Assembly (NCBI GenBank): GCA_963749445.1 | Contig: CAVVMJ010000010.1 | Location: 181,738 to 245,737 of the forward strand | Origin: an uncultured bacterium | Lineage (GTDB): Bacteria > Patescibacteriota > Doudnabacteria > UBA920 | Length of the DNA: 64,000 nucleotides | Direction of reading: 5' to 3' | Part shown: piece by piece, positions 12,315-23,135 of the stretch | Numbering within the stretch: the first letter of the stretch is position 1 | How the letters are laid out: each line of letters starts with the position of its first letter | Notes under the pieces: generated by a model | Databases searched by the model: none | What the model saw: only the letters and a program-made list of their open reading frames with translations | Told to the model about the DNA's origin: nothing | Translations under genes and position numbers: made by a program

Positions 12315-12788
12315 GCGGAGCATCCTCCCCTGCCAAGGGGAGGTGTCCCGCGAAGCGGGACGGAGGGGTTGGAGTCAACCAAGATTTTTCTTAATCTCCT
12401 GTAACACTCCTTCTAAATTTTTTATGACATCCTTATTTTCAAATCTTATAACTTTTATATTCAGCCTTTGTAAATATTCGGTTCTATTTTCATCTTTGGC
12501 GTAACCTTGTTCGGAATCATGAGGACTGCCGTCAAGTTCAACGGCAAGCTTCTTATCGGCGCAATAAAAATCTACAATATACCTGCCAATACCGTGTTGC
12601 CGGCGAAATTTATGGCCCAATTGCTTATTTTTTAAATGATTCCAGAGCCTGGCTTCGGCTGGCGTTAAATGCTTTCTTAAGTCTTTTCTGTAATTTTTCA
12701 GACCGATGATGTTGTTTAACCTCATACTCCAACCCCCCTCCCGCCGCTTTGCGGCAGACTCCCCCTTAACAGGGGGAGATGCTCCGCG
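12315..12788. mobile_element. Putative DUF559 cassette 1: double-hairpin unit / endonuclease gene / inverted double-hairpin unit
   Basis: Units 12315-12374 and 12727-12788; one abuts the stop codon, the other lies 1 nt from the ATG. Confidence 0.7.
12375..12725 (-). CDS. DUF559 / Vsr-like endonuclease domain protein (copy 1)
   Basis: LRKHLTPAEARLW, KFRRQHGIGRYIVDFYC, VELDGSPH, VIRFEN. Confidence 0.92.
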   Translation of the reverse strand: MRLNNIIGLKNYRKDLRKHLTPAEARLWNHLKNKQLGHKFRRQHGIGRYIVDFYCADKKLAVELDGSPHDSEQGYAKDENRTEYLQRLNIKVIRFENKDVIKNLEGVLQEIKKNLG

Positions 12789-12842
12789 GTTCTGCGTAAA
12801 ACCAGCGTACCTATCGGCGACAGATCAGCGGAAAACAGATTA

Positions 12843-13211
12843 TTATAAGTCATCTATCTCCACCTTGGGCCCCTCAAAATCAAAACTCGGGTCAATGACT
12901 TCGGCGCGCAAATCCTGGCGCGGGATCCGGTGGGCCGATTCGGTGATTGTCGGGCCGGTAATTTTAGGTTTGGGAATTTCCACAACCGCCGGCTTGTCGG
13001 TTTCCTGCAGCTGTGCTTTCAAAATTTCGCGATTGATTTTTTCCACATCCTCGGTTTGCTGTTTAACCTGCCTTTGGAGTTTGCCAAGCAACAGGCGCTG
13101 ATAATCTTCCACCGACATAATTACCAACTTAGCCTCCCCGCTCTCGTCCATCACAAAAAACTTGCCTCCATCGGCCTTAGCTAAATTGATGATATCGTTT
13201 AGTGATGTCAT
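12843..13211 (-). CDS. Hypothetical protein
   Basis: Clean ORF with a coiled-coil segment and GGGGAG upstream of the ATG. Confidence 0.7.
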   Translation of the reverse strand: MTSLNDIINLAKADGGKFFVMDESGEAKLVIMSVEDYQRLLLGKLQRQVKQQTEDVEKINREILKAQLQETDKPAVVEIPKPKITGPTITESAHRIPRQDLRAEVIDPSFDFEGPKVEIDDL

Positions 13212-13223
13212 AAATCTCCCCTG

Positions 13224-13366
13224 TTCCATCCCAGCCGAGCATCATCGCAACACATGGGCGAGAGCCGGGATCCAGTTACCGGCTCAAATACTGTATACCG
13301 ATTCTGGGCCCCGGATATTTTTTGCGGCCTGCGATAACCATCAGCGCAAAAAATTCCGGGGTGGAA
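13224..13366. repeat. CTGGATCCCGG...CCGGGATGAC palindrome family, pair
   Basis: Matches 58751-58872. Confidence 0.85.
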
Positions 13367-13458
13367 ACTATTTGTTATATTTAAGTATTCCAATTATACC
13401 CCTATTTTCCAGCCTTTACAACCTTCTCTCTCTTTGCTATTCTGACCTATCGCCACAA

Positions 13459-13736
13459 ATGGATACGGACACAGAAGTCCAAAGCCCGACGAGAGAGGAG
13501 GGAAAACGATTTATCCTACGGGAACCAAGCTTCGGTTGAAAGTTAGTAGAGCCCACCCTCGCGGCAGAGCCTTACAATATCCAATCTCCGGGGTTGAGGC
13601 AATTAAAGCAACGGAGATAGTTACCGTTCAAACTGCATTTAAATCTCCGAAGGCCGGAGGATGGTGTTACACGTTCGAAGAACGGGGCCATGCACTGTCC
13701 TATTTTGCACGCGACTTTCAACCGGCTTTATTCTAG
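13459..13736 (+). CDS. Small hypothetical protein, apparently frameshifted near 13535
   Basis: MDTDTEVQS... frame overlaps a second frame ...KVSRAH...QPALF*; followed by GC-rich hairpins and a T-run. Confidence 0.35.
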
Positions 13737-14007
13737 TCCGATCGCCGCACCGGACTGTTTGCAACCCTGTGCCGTTTCGCCGTTGCGCGGGACGACACTG
13801 GGCTCGTTTTTTTTTATTCCCCAAAAAGTATATACCTAAGTATATACTTCGGTATATACTAAACCGTTTTTTGCTTGTTGACATAACGCGTACGTACGCG
13901 CAAACGCAACAAGCATTTTTTTCAATAACGATAAGGGGCGGCCTTCGGCCGCCCTAAAATCCGTGATCCGTGTTAATCCGTAATCTATCCGTGTCAATCT
14001 TTTCCCC

Positions 14008-16131
14008 TCACATACCTTTTCTAACATTAATCCCCTGCCGGCTTTCAATAATCTTTTCCGCCACGTTCCTTGGCACTTCGGCGTAATGGTCAAATTCCAT
14101 TGTATAGCTGGCCTGGCCCTGCGTCATTGAACGGAGCGATGTGGCATAGCCGAACATTTCGCTGAGCGGCACCATCGCGTCAATAACTTTGAGGTGTAAT
14201 TTATCCGTCATCTCATTAATCTGCGCGCGCTTACTGTTCAAATCTCCGATGACATCGCCCATATTGGTTTCCGGCGTGGTCACTTCCACTTTCATAATCG
14301 GCTCCAAAATAACCGGATCGGCTTTTTTTACGGCATCCTGCAAACCCTTGGAAGCGGCAATTTTAAACGCCATTTCACTGGAGTCTACTTCGTGGTACGA
14401 ACCGTCAAACGCCGCGGCGCGGAAATCCACCAACGGATAGCCGGCAATTACGCCGTTGGCCGCCGACTCCTGAATGCCTTTGTCTATCGGCTTAATGTAT
14501 TCGCGCGGAATCACGCCGCCGACAATCTCGTCCACAAACTCGTAACCCTTGCCGCGCTCCAGCGGCTCCACGCGCAAATAGACGTGGCCGTATTGGCCGC
14601 GGCCTCCGGTCTGGCGGATGTATTTACTCTCGGCCTCGGCGATTTTTTTGATGGTTTCCTTGTACGCGACTTCCGGCTTGCCCACGTTGGCTTCCACTTT
14701 GAACTCGCGTTTCATTCTGTCCACAATGATTTCAAGATGTAACTCACCCATCCCGCCGATAATCGTCTGCTGGGTCTCTTCATTCGTGGATAATTTAAAA
14801 GTCGGGTCTTCCTCGGCCAATTTACCCAATGCGATGCCCATTTTTTCCTGGTCAGCCTTGGTCTTAGGCTCAATGGACATATGAATCACCGGCTCGGCAA
14901 ACTTGATGCGTTCCAGCTGGATGGGCTTATCCACGTCGCACAAAGTATCACCGGTAAAGGTTTCTTTTGGCCCGACAAGGGCGCAAATGTCGCCGGCAAA
15001 AACTTCCTTGACTTCTTCGCGGTCATCGGCCTTCATTCTTACAATGCGTCCCACGCGCTCTTTGTTTTCGGTTCTTGCGTTAAGCACATACGAGCCGGCT
15101 TCCAGAAACCCTGAGTACACGCGGAAAAAACACAAGCGCCCGACAAACGGGTCAGTGGCAATTTTAAAAGCCAAAGCCGCAAACGGCTCGCTGTCCAAAG
15201 GCTTTCGTTCTATGTCCGCGCCGGTCTTCAAGTCGTGCCCTTTGACCGGGCCGCGGTCCGTCGGGGAAGGTAAAAAATTGGTCACCGCGTCCAAAATCGT
15301 TTGCACAATAATTCCCCTGCCGTCGCCGCCCAAAACCGGAAAAAACTTACCGCTCTGCACGCTCTTTCTTATGGCCGTCAAAAATTCCCGCTCCGTCAGT
15401 TCGGCTCCGGTCAAATATTTTTCCATTATAACGTCGTCGCTTTCCACGACTTTCTCCAAAAGTTTGTGGCGCCACTCTTTGCATTTTTCCAGCATATCGG
15501 CCGGCACTTCGCCCACGGTAAACTCCTTGTCCGTGTAATCTTTGTAGGTGTAGGCCTTCATGTTTATCAAATCCACCACGCCGCAAATATCTTTTTCAAA
15601 ACCGATCGGCAATTGGATGGGCAGGGCGTCGGGCGACAATCTTTTGTGGATGGAGGTCAAAGATTTATAAAAGTCGCCGCCGGTTTGGTTGATTTTGTTG
15701 ATAAAGCACATCCGCGGCACGTGGTATTTGTCCGCCTGGCGCCAGACTGTTTCGGATTGCGGCTCCACGCCCATCTTCCCGTCAAACACGACAACTGCTC
15801 CATCAAGCACTCTTAAAGACCGCTCCACTTCCACGGTAAAATCCACGTGGCCCGGGGTATCAATAATATTGATCTTGTGTTTGACATCGCCCGCGAGCTT
15901 GACGAATTTCGGCGCCCAATAGCAAGTTACCGCGGCCGCGGTAATGGTAATGCCGCGCTCGCGCTCCTGCTCCATCCAGTCAGTCACGGTTTCGCCTTCG
16001 TGCACCGTGCCGATTTTATGGATCATTCCGGTATTATACAAAACGCCTTCGGTCACGGTCGTCTTGCCGGCGTCTATGTGCGCGATAATGCCGATGTTTC
16101 TTGTAAGTTCTATTGGATATTCACGAGCCAT
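14008..16131 (-). CDS. fusA: Elongation factor G
   Basis: [41 protein letters not shown]. Confidence 0.99.
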   Translation of the reverse strand: MAREYPIELTRNIGIIAHIDAGKTTVTEGVLYNTGMIHKIGTVHEGETVTDWMEQERERGITITAAAVTCYWAPKFVKLAGDVKHKINIIDTPGHVDFTVEVERSLRVLDGAVVVFDGKMGVEPQSETVWRQADKYHVPRMCFINKINQTGGDFYKSLTSIHKRLSPDALPIQLPIGFEKDICGVVDLINMKAYTYKDYTDKEFTVGEVPADMLEKCKEWRHKLLEKVVESDDVIMEKYLTGAELTEREFLTAIRKSVQSGKFFPVLGGDGRGIIVQTILDAVTNFLPSPTDRGPVKGHDLKTGADIERKPLDSEPFAALAFKIATDPFVGRLCFFRVYSGFLEAGSYVLNARTENKERVGRIVRMKADDREEVKEVFAGDICALVGPKETFTGDTLCDVDKPIQLERIKFAEPVIHMSIEPKTKADQEKMGIALGKLAEEDPTFKLSTNEETQQTIIGGMGELHLEIIVDRMKREFKVEANVGKPEVAYKETIKKIAEAESKYIRQTGGRGQYGHVYLRVEPLERGKGYEFVDEIVGGVIPREYIKPIDKGIQESAANGVIAGYPLVDFRAAAFDGSYHEVDSSEMAFKIAASKGLQDAVKKADPVILEPIMKVEVTTPETNMGDVIGDLNSKRAQINEMTDKLHLKVIDAMVPLSEMFGYATSLRSMTQGQASYTMEFDHYAEVPRNVAEKIIESRQGINVRKGM

Positions 16132-16245
16132 AAAAAATTAGTTTTTAGATATTAGTTGTTAGGTTTTAGGTTTTAGGTTTTACATTGTGCAGCGGAAAAG
16201 TATATACTTCGGTATATACAAAATTTTCAAAGTTCTTTTGCAAAT

Positions 16246-16393
16246 CCGCGGAGCTTCCCCTCCTTCCCTCCTTGCTGAGGAGGGGTGGATCGCGTTAGCG
16301 AGACGGGGTGGTATTTATCCGCAAAGACTCCAACCACCTCCCCCCTCGACTTCGCTCGGGGTACTCCTCCTTAAAAAGGAGGAGAGGCTCCGC
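16246..16393. repeat. Double-hairpin element pair, gene-less, head-to-head (rpsG-fusA spacer)
   Basis: GCGGAGC...GGGGTGGT spacer CTCCAACCACC...GCTCCGC. Confidence 0.9.
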
Positions 16394-16438
16394 AGTTGTC
16401 CGTCTCAGTCCGTTCCCAGTCCGTAACAGTCCGCGTAC

Positions 16439-17053
16439 CTATCTCCGCCCAAACCTCGCAAAATGCGCAAACGCCTTATTGGCCTCTGCCATCCTGTGCA
16501 CGTCTTCTCTCTTCTTTATGGCTGCACCGGTGCGGTTGTAGGCGTCCATAATTTCTCCGGCCAATTTTTCCTTCATGGGCGCGCCTTTTTTGGCCCTGGC
16601 CGCGGCCAACAGCCAGCGGATGCCGAGCGTGGTCTTGCGCGGCTCCTGAACTTCCATCGGCACCTGATAGTTAGCCCCGCCGATTCTGCGGGATTTTAAC
16701 TCCATCATCGGGGCGACGTTTTTTAACGCGATATCAAATACCGCTCGGCCGTCCAACTTTTGCGGTGCCGCTGATTTTTGCGGAACTGCAGTATTCCCCT
16801 CCTTTTTAAGGAGGGGCGTCTGCGCAGCAGACGGGGTGGTTGGAGATTTGACTGAAACAGCAACCGGAGCCGCCACGGGCATCGCGGCCATTTTTTTCTC
16901 CACAATCTCCAAAGCGTCGTAAAAAATCCTGCGCGCCACGTTTTTCTTGCCGCGCTGCATCAAATAATTTATAAATTTGGCATACTTGACCGAGCCGAAT
17001 TTCGGGTCCGGCAAAGGCACGTGTTTGTCGTAGCTCCTTGATTTTCTGGGCAT
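16439..17053 (-). CDS. rpsG: 30S ribosomal protein S7 with ~40-aa repeat-containing insertion
   Basis: SRRIGGANYQVP, HRMAEANKAFAH; extra segment containing SPTTPSAAQTPLLKKEG. Confidence 0.97.
   Translation of the reverse strand: MPRKSRSYDKHVPLPDPKFGSVKYAKFINYLMQRGKKNVARRIFYDALEIVEKKMAAMPVAAPVAVSVKSPTTPSAAQTPLLKKEGNTAVPQKSAAPQKLDGRAVFDIALKNVAPMMELKSRRIGGANYQVPMEVQEPRKTTLGIRWLLAAARAKKGAPMKEKLAGEIMDAYNRTGAAIKKREDVHRMAEANKAFAHFARFGRR
16786..16845. repeat. Double-hairpin unit in frame inside rpsG
   Basis: CCCCTCCTT..AAGGAGGGG, GTCTGC..GCAGAC, GGGGTGGTTGGAG. Confidence 0.9.
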
Positions 17054-17136
17054 GGTTTTAGCTTTTAGCGATTAGCTTTTAGCGATTAGCCAGCCATGTC
17101 TGGCTAAATGCTAACTGCTAAATGCTAACTTCTTGT

Positions 17137-17550
17137 TTACTTCTTCTTGGCTCCATACTTAGACCGAGAGCGTTTCCGACCGTCAACGCCTAATGTGTCC
17201 AATTTCCCTCTGATGATATGATAGCGCACGCCGGGCAAATCTTTTACCCTGCCGCCGCGGATCATCACCACACTGTGTTCCTGTAAGTTGTGGCCGATGC
17301 CCGGAATATAGGCAATCACTTCCATGCCGTTGGTGAGTTTGACTTTGGCGACTTTGCGCAAAGCCGAGTTCGGCTTTTTGGGCGTGGTGGTATAAACCTT
17401 AAGGCACACGCCACGCATAAACGGCGCGCCTTTGGCAATCCACAAGGTGCGGTTTTTGATTAAGTTGACGCGGCGCAACAAAGCCGGAGCCTTGCTTTTG
17501 GCCTGTAAACTGTGCCTGCCGTGCCTGACTAACTGGTTGATTGTGGGCAT
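17137..17550 (-). CDS. rpsL: 30S ribosomal protein S12
   Basis: [34 protein letters not shown]. Confidence 0.99.
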   Translation of the reverse strand: MPTINQLVRHGRHSLQAKSKAPALLRRVNLIKNRTLWIAKGAPFMRGVCLKVYTTTPKKPNSALRKVAKVKLTNGMEVIAYIPGIGHNLQEHSVVMIRGGRVKDLPGVRYHIIRGKLDTLGVDGRKRSRSKYGAKKK

Positions 17551-17862
17551 TTCGTTAGCTTTTAGCGTTTAGCGATTAGCGATTAGCCAGCCATGTTTGG
17601 CTAAAAGCTAACTGCTAAATGCTAAATGCTTTAACGGATTAAACTTGAATAAGCAATAAAAAAGCCGACAAAAGATGTCAGATCTTCTGCTTTCGCCTGC
17701 TTGGTACTCATCAGAAACCTATTGATGTCGGCCGGTGGCCTGCTTCCCAAAACCTGCGACTAAAAAATAGTGATTCGCCGCTCGCGCGGCGGGTTTCTTA
17801 TTCAATTAAAAGAATTATATACCAAGCTTGCAAAAAAGTCAACATTTAGATAATGTTATTTT

Positions 17863-18117
17863 ATGTCACAACAACAAGGTGGGCTTACTACGATCGGCGA
17901 GGTTAAACAATACTGGGTCAGTTTCGGCGCCGCAAGGGAGAAAGGCAGCTTTGACTCCGCGACAGCACAGAAGCTGGTCAGTATTTGGGTAGCAATCCGG
18001 CGAGAAGTGTTCAAGAGCACGGGAAAGGAGATTGATGATTTCTCCCGCCTGGACGAAACTCCTGCTTCGTCCGAGGTCGTAACCGAGCTTGTAAGATACC
18101 TCGACGAAGTCCAATAG
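17863..18117 (+). CDS. Small hypothetical protein
   Basis: 84-aa ORF divergent from rpsL, followed by GC-rich hairpins. Confidence 0.55.
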   Translation: MSQQQGGLTTIGEVKQYWVSFGAAREKGSFDSATAQKLVSIWVAIRREVFKSTGKEIDDFSRLDETPASSEVVTELVRYLDEVQ

Positions 18118-18220
18118 TCAAACCGCTCGCCGTGCCCATCTGCCAAAAGGATTGGGCAAACTGCAACCGCTCGCCGCGCCCTGAACGCATCACTGGGGCG
18201 CGGCATTTCTTTTAGCAAAT

Positions 18221-18782
18221 CCACGGAGTTTCTCCCCTCTTGACCCATTCGGCAAAGCTCAGGGTCACCCCGAGCTTATCGAGGTGGTGAGGGGAGATGC
18301 CGAAGTAGCAACGAGGCAGAGAGGTTGCATTCAAACCCGACACTCCTTTTTTATCATCTCTGGCACCCCTCAATATTCTTATCCACGTCGTTATTCCAAA
18401 ACTGTAAAACTTTATACCCCTGTTCTTTGGCATAATCCCGTTTGGTCAAATCATAGTCAGAAACCTTTTGCTCGCTATGCTGTCCTCCGTCAAGTTCAAT
18501 CAGTAACATTTTTTCACGGCAGCTGAAATCAAAAATATATGAACCAACCTGCACCTGACGCTTAAATTTTAAATGATAAAACCGCCCGGCGCGCAGGCGG
18601 CTCCATAGCTTGGTTTCCCAAGGTGTTTGGTTTTTGCGGAGATTTTTTGAGTTTGTTAAAAAAGGTTCAGGGATTATGCGATTTTCCATATATTCTGCAA
18701 CCTCTCTGTCTAAAATTTTGGCCGATGATGAACCCAAACAAAATTTTAGACATCTCTCCTCAAAAGGAGAGAAGCTCCGCGG
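18221..18782. mobile_element. Putative DUF559 cassette 3 (AACCTCTCTG subfamily)
   Basis: Units 18221-18328 and 18697-18782 in inverted orientation around the gene. Confidence 0.6.
18331..18689 (-). CDS. DUF559 / Vsr-like endonuclease domain protein (copy 3, divergent; probable indel near the 3' end)
   Basis: LRKNQTPWETKLW, KFKRQVQVGSYIFDF, IELDGGQH, VLQFWNNDV. Confidence 0.9.
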
Positions 18783-18822
18783 AAAACCCTTTCGTCATCC
18801 CAATCGGCGACCAATCACTGAT

Positions 18823-19431
18823 TTACATCAGCGGAATGTTAAAAATCCGGCTGAACAAATTTATCACCGGCAGTAAAATCAAATCCAAAATGCCCAAAGA
18901 TAAAAATACCAAAACTAAAACAAAGCCCCAGCGCTCGTAGGCAAACAGCCTGGGCCACCAGTCCTCCGGCAAAACCGAGGCCAAAATTTTGCTGCCGTCA
19001 AGCGGCGGAATGGGCACCAAATTAAAAGTCCCCAAAACCAGGTTAAGGACAATCGCTTCAATTAAAATCGGGTAAGCAATGCTATTGGCAAGGCCAAACT
19101 TGATAATCAAGGCGCAAACAATCGCCAAAACAAAGTTGGACAGCGGTCCGGCCAGGCTCACAAGAGCCATACCCAGGCGGCGCGGCCGCAGATTGCTAAA
19201 ATTCACGGGCACGGGCTTGGCCGCGCCAAAAATAATCGGCGAGCCAATGGCCAAAAGCAGCAGCGGCAACATAATGGAACCGAACGGGTCAATGTGCGGA
19301 ATCGGGTTTAAGGTGATCCGACCCATATCGCGCGCCGTACTGTCGCCTAATTTTTCCGCCATCAGACCGTGGCTGACCTCGTGCACAATAGCGGAAAACA
19401 GTACAATGATTAATATAACAATAATGTCCAT
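18823..19431 (-). CDS. Site-2 protease (peptidase M50)
   Basis: HEVSH, AGPLSN, FNLVPIPPLDG. Confidence 0.95.
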   Translation of the reverse strand: MDIIVILIIVLFSAIVHEVSHGLMAEKLGDSTARDMGRITLNPIPHIDPFGSIMLPLLLLAIGSPIIFGAAKPVPVNFSNLRPRRLGMALVSLAGPLSNFVLAIVCALIIKFGLANSIAYPILIEAIVLNLVLGTFNLVPIPPLDGSKILASVLPEDWWPRLFAYERWGFVLVLVFLSLGILDLILLPVINLFSRIFNIPLM

Positions 19432-19509
19432 ACTTGCTTATTTTATCATACTGTGTTAATCTATCAAAGACTGAAAAATCTTTCAATCTTTAAATCTTTC
19501 AATTATTCT

Positions 19510-19686
19510 ATGCCCAGAACCTGCGCCGTTTGCGGCAAAACCTATTCCCGGACCATCAAGCGTTCCCACTCCATGCGGGCGTCAATTCGCCGGCTGCTCC
19601 CGAATTTGCAATACTCCGTCTTTGATGGTAAACGCTTGAAAGCCTGTACGCGTTGCATTAAGACCAAAGCCAAGGTGGCAAAATAA
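19510..19686 (+). CDS. rpmB: 50S ribosomal protein L28
   Basis: MPRTCAVCGK, RSHS, PNLQ, CTRCIK. Confidence 0.93.
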   Translation: MPRTCAVCGKTYSRTIKRSHSMRASIRRLLPNLQYSVFDGKRLKACTRCIKTKAKVAK

Positions 19687-19736
19687 ATGCCGCGGATATC
19701 ACGCTGATAGCTACGGGGATTTATCGCTGATTTTAC

Positions 19737-19767
19737 AAAGACTGTCCCATACGGGGACAGTCTTTTT
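19737..19767 (+). terminator. Putative intrinsic terminator after rpmB
   Basis: AAAGACTGTCCC..GGGACAGTCTTTTT. Confidence 0.7.
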
Positions 19768-19787
19768 CTTCCTGATATAATAAACCT

Positions 19788-21080
19788 ATGAGAAAACTTA
19801 ACTCCAATATCCTACCCTGGATTTTGATAGCGCTGATTATAATTGGCGCGGGGATTTTTGCCGCCGTAAAAATCAAGCAAAATAAACCCGCTCCGGTAGC
19901 AAAGCCCAAGAACACTTACCTGGCCTTTACCGACGAAGTCTACGACACCGTCCAAAAAAATTATTGGGACAGCATTTCCAACCAACAACTTACCAAACTT
20001 TATCAGGATGCATCTGACAAACTCCTGGGCAAGCATGTAGCTTTACCGACTCCTGATAAGACCGGGCTGGAAACCATGATGACCCAAGCGATGGCCGGTT
20101 TTACCATCACACAAAAAAACCTCTATACTTCCCTCTTGTCCGCCAACGTCCTAAACAACCTGCCGCCGACCGGCCGCGGCGCGCTTTATACCCAAGCCTC
20201 CCAACAGGCGCTGATGTACGAACTTAACAACATTAACCCCAAACAAAACTTATACGCGGATTTGGGCGTGGCAAACAACGCCAGTCAGCAACAAATCCAA
20301 CAAAGTTATCAACAGCAGTCAACCGACTTAAGCAAACAAAACACGCCCGCGGCCAAACAAAAATTGGCCAAAATCAATAACGCCTACGCCACGCTGGCTA
20401 AACCCGCGAGCAAACAGCTATACGACGCGCAAGGCATCCAGGCCACCATTGTCAGCAAACAAATCCCGCCAAAAATTTTCTACCTGCATTTTGTCCGCTT
20501 TTCGCCGACGACCTCCATTAAAGAATTTACCGATGCGGTCAGCGGCATCAACGGCCAGCCCGATACATTGATTTTTGATTTACGCGGCAACATCGGCGGG
20601 TATTTGGATTTGATTCCCCAAATGCTTGGTTTCTTTGTGGGCCAAAACCAGGTCGCCTACCAATTTCTCCAGCAGGGCAATTACCAGTCATTTATGACTT
20701 CCGCGGATAAGTTGTCCGGCCTGTCGCGTTTTAAAAATATCGTGATATTAATTGACGGCCAGGACGAGTCTTCCACGGAACTGCTGGCCGGTGCGTTTAA
20801 AAAATTCAAAGTCGGGATTTTAGTCGGCAGTAAAACTTTCGGCTGGGGCACGGTGGAAAACGAACAGCCGTTCCCGATTGCGGACCAGTTTGATTTTAAC
20901 CAGGTTTATTCCGTGCACTTAGTCACCAATTTAACTGTAGTCCAAGGGCAGCAGCCGATCCAGGACCGCGGCGTTCTGCCGGATATTGATATTAGCGACA
21001 AAACCTGGCCGGCCAAACTCACCGCGGCAGTTGGCGATGCCGCGATAACGCAAGCGGTAAAAACCATCATCAGCCAATAG
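19788..21080 (+). CDS. Membrane-anchored S41 (CtpA-like) peptidase homologue with a degenerate J-domain-like insert
   Basis: N-terminal TM; LIFDLRGNIGG, ESSTE, TFGWG, GVLPDI; NLYADLGV...INNAYATL...LYD. Confidence 0.75.
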   Translation: MRKLNSNILPWILIALIIIGAGIFAAVKIKQNKPAPVAKPKNTYLAFTDEVYDTVQKNYWDSISNQQLTKLYQDASDKLLGKHVALPTPDKTGLETMMTQAMAGFTITQKNLYTSLLSANVLNNLPPTGRGALYTQASQQALMYELNNINPKQNLYADLGVANNASQQQIQQSYQQQSTDLSKQNTPAAKQKLAKINNAYATLAKPASKQLYDAQGIQATIVSKQIPPKIFYLHFVRFSPTTSIKEFTDAVSGINGQPDTLIFDLRGNIGGYLDLIPQMLGFFVGQNQVAYQFLQQGNYQSFMTSADKLSGLSRFKNIVILIDGQDESSTELLAGAFKKFKVGILVGSKTFGWGTVENEQPFPIADQFDFNQVYSVHLVTNLTVVQGQQPIQDRGVLPDIDISDKTWPAKLTAAVGDAAITQAVKTIISQ

Positions 21081-21345
21081 TTTGCTCCAAACTGCAAACG
21101 AAATTGCGAAGAGCCAGGGCTTTGGCTGGCGACGACTTTGTCCGATGAAGTCTTGGCGAAGTCGGAAGCAATTCCGTCTTTGTTGGGATTGCCGCGCCCC
21201 TCTCTGCATCGGGGCTCGCAATTCCCTGATTTTTTTTGGCCCACAATATAATAGGGGCTGTCCGGGTTCTAAGGGCAGCCCGATACAACAAGGGGCATCC
21301 TTGCGCAGCGCAAGGATGCCCCTTGTTTTGATATTCTACTTAAGA

Positions 21346-22410
21346 TCAATGCCAAACAACATCCTTCCCAACCGGCACAAGCTCCGCCCAAATCGGCCCG
21401 CGGTTAAAGTTGATTTCTTTACCGTCTTGATCATAATAGCGGGTACGGCCAGAAACCTTTTCCCACGTGCCGATGATAATCTTGCCGTCCTCAAACACAT
21501 CCGCCCTGCCTCCGACTTCTAAATCCAGGCCGATGGACAGCGGCGTGTCGCTTTTGACGGGATAAGTTTTCACGAACTGGACAACAATATTTTTGGCGCT
21601 AATTTGTTTGCCGGTGTCCAAATCTTTGTGCGGCTTGCCGGCCAAAAATCTTGAATAGGAATTATCCAAAATATTATATTTCCACTCCACGACGTAGTCG
21701 TGGGTGGAAAAACTGATGTTTATGTCCGCGGCCGTGGAACTGGCAAAAATTTTCCCTCCCTCCCCCTCCGGGGGAGGGATTGAGGAAGAGGGGCTGTCGT
21801 CTTTAAATCGCCACGGCTGATAAATCGTCGCGTCAGAGAAGAACTGACGGGCACCAATCAGCTTGTCCAATTTATCAATCGACGTGTAAACGTTATGCGG
21901 CATAGTGCGCCAAGTAACACGCTGGAAATACGGGTCGTTAAAAAATTGGTCAGCGTCGCTGATGTTTGGGTAATCGCCCGCTTTGATATTTGCCAAAGCA
22001 TCTGAGTTGCCGCCCACGTGCGCAAAAACCGCACCCCATTCGTCCGCAATTTCGGCAAAATACGTCCTCGCGCTTCGCACCGGCCCGATGTTTTTGGCCG
22101 CTTTACTTTGGTATAGCGCCAAAAACCGCGTAATGCCACCCTCGGTCGGGGCTTCGTAAACCACATCGGCGTCCAAAAGGCCCGACTGCGGCCTGGCGTA
22201 GGGGTAGTTTTCCACCATCACGCCAATGGGGCGCCGCCCTGCAATTTGTCCCTCAACTTTTTGCCCGTCCATAGCCAAAAACTCCTCGGGCCGCGCCGAA
22301 ATCTTTACAACCTGATTTTGCCGATCAATGCCAGCTTTATGCCCCCGATCCCAGAACCAAAAAATGATTGCGCAAAACAAAATTAGCGCAACCAAAATGC
22401 GTTTTTCCAT
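21346..22410 (-). CDS. DUF3048 family membrane-anchored protein
   Basis: RPIGVMVEN, ARPQSGL, VYE..EGGITRF, GPVRSAR, PHNVY. Confidence 0.9.
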   Translation of the reverse strand: MEKRILVALILFCAIIFWFWDRGHKAGIDRQNQVVKISARPEEFLAMDGQKVEGQIAGRRPIGVMVENYPYARPQSGLLDADVVYEAPTEGGITRFLALYQSKAAKNIGPVRSARTYFAEIADEWGAVFAHVGGNSDALANIKAGDYPNISDADQFFNDPYFQRVTWRTMPHNVYTSIDKLDKLIGARQFFSDATIYQPWRFKDDSPSSSIPPPEGEGGKIFASSTAADINISFSTHDYVVEWKYNILDNSYSRFLAGKPHKDLDTGKQISAKNIVVQFVKTYPVKSDTPLSIGLDLEVGGRADVFEDGKIIIGTWEKVSGRTRYYDQDGKEINFNRGPIWAELVPVGKDVVWH

Positions 22411-22426
22411 AAAAGGTTCTTTATAT

Positions 22427-22612
22427 TTAGGCCTCGTGAGTGGGCTGCTCGGCGCCGGTATTGTTAGGATTAGCCAAAGCTTCGGCATGCTGCCCGTCAG
22501 TGCAATGACAAATGGCCATAGGCAATTCGTACTTAATGCAACCTTTCAGTTGGCAGGCCGCCGGCTCATCCGACACCCCATCGCACCCGCCGGTACAAAC
22601 ATAATGAGTCAT
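22427..22612 (-). CDS. Small Cys-rich, putatively metal-binding protein
   Basis: HYVCTGGCDG...C....C...CHCTDGQH. Confidence 0.65.
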   Translation of the reverse strand: MTHYVCTGGCDGVSDEPAACQLKGCIKYELPMAICHCTDGQHAEALANPNNTGAEQPTHEA

Positions 22613-22721
22613 AAAAGTATTGACATGATTGACATGATTGAACAAAATTGACAAAATTGACAAAATTGCCAATCCTAAATCATGTCAATCATTTAAATCT
22701 TTTAAATCTTGCTCAATTCGC

Positions 22722-23135
22722 CTACCTCCACGCTCCCAAAATCGCGCCCATGACCAGCATGGTCACGAGCATATTGCCGCAACTGATCCAAAACAGCGCC
22801 TGTTTGCCGCCCCAAAGGCTGTCGCTGAACTTAATCGGCAGCACAAAACCGAGCCATGCCAAAAAACCTAACTTCACGCCGCCCAGCCAGGTCATAACGC
22901 CGAGCCTGCTGATAAAAACCGCCACCACGGTCGCCATCACCAAGCCGCCGATGAAATGCCAAAAATATATGGCGCCGACGCTCCTTTTCATGCCTTCCAT
23001 TTTGGCTTTGTCGTTCGGATCCCAGCCCAAAGCGTGCATCCACTTTTGGCCGAACAGCGGCCCATACCAAAACGCGCCAATGAGCAAAGCCGCCAAGGAC
23101 GACACCAATATCGCCCACCAATTAACAGAGATCAT
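22722..23135 (-). CDS. DUF1761 family membrane protein
   Basis: VNWWAILV, GAFWYGPLFG..W, four hydrophobic segments. Confidence 0.85.
   Translation of the reverse strand: MISVNWWAILVSSLAALLIGAFWYGPLFGQKWMHALGWDPNDKAKMEGMKRSVGAIYFWHFIGGLVMATVVAVFISRLGVMTWLGGVKLGFLAWLGFVLPIKFSDSLWGGKQALFWISCGNMLVTMLVMGAILGAWR

Noticed and set aside
13459-13736. TGA recoding (genetic code 25 or 4)
   Set aside because: Long conserved genes have no in-frame TGA and several end in TGA (fusA, tatD, DUF559 copy 1); this locus is better explained by an indel.
14189-16155. Long antisense ORFs opposite fusA (also opposite tuf, pnp, xer, parB, 22648-23283 and 51876-52484)
   Set aside because: These are shadow frames of well-supported genes with no recognisable motifs.
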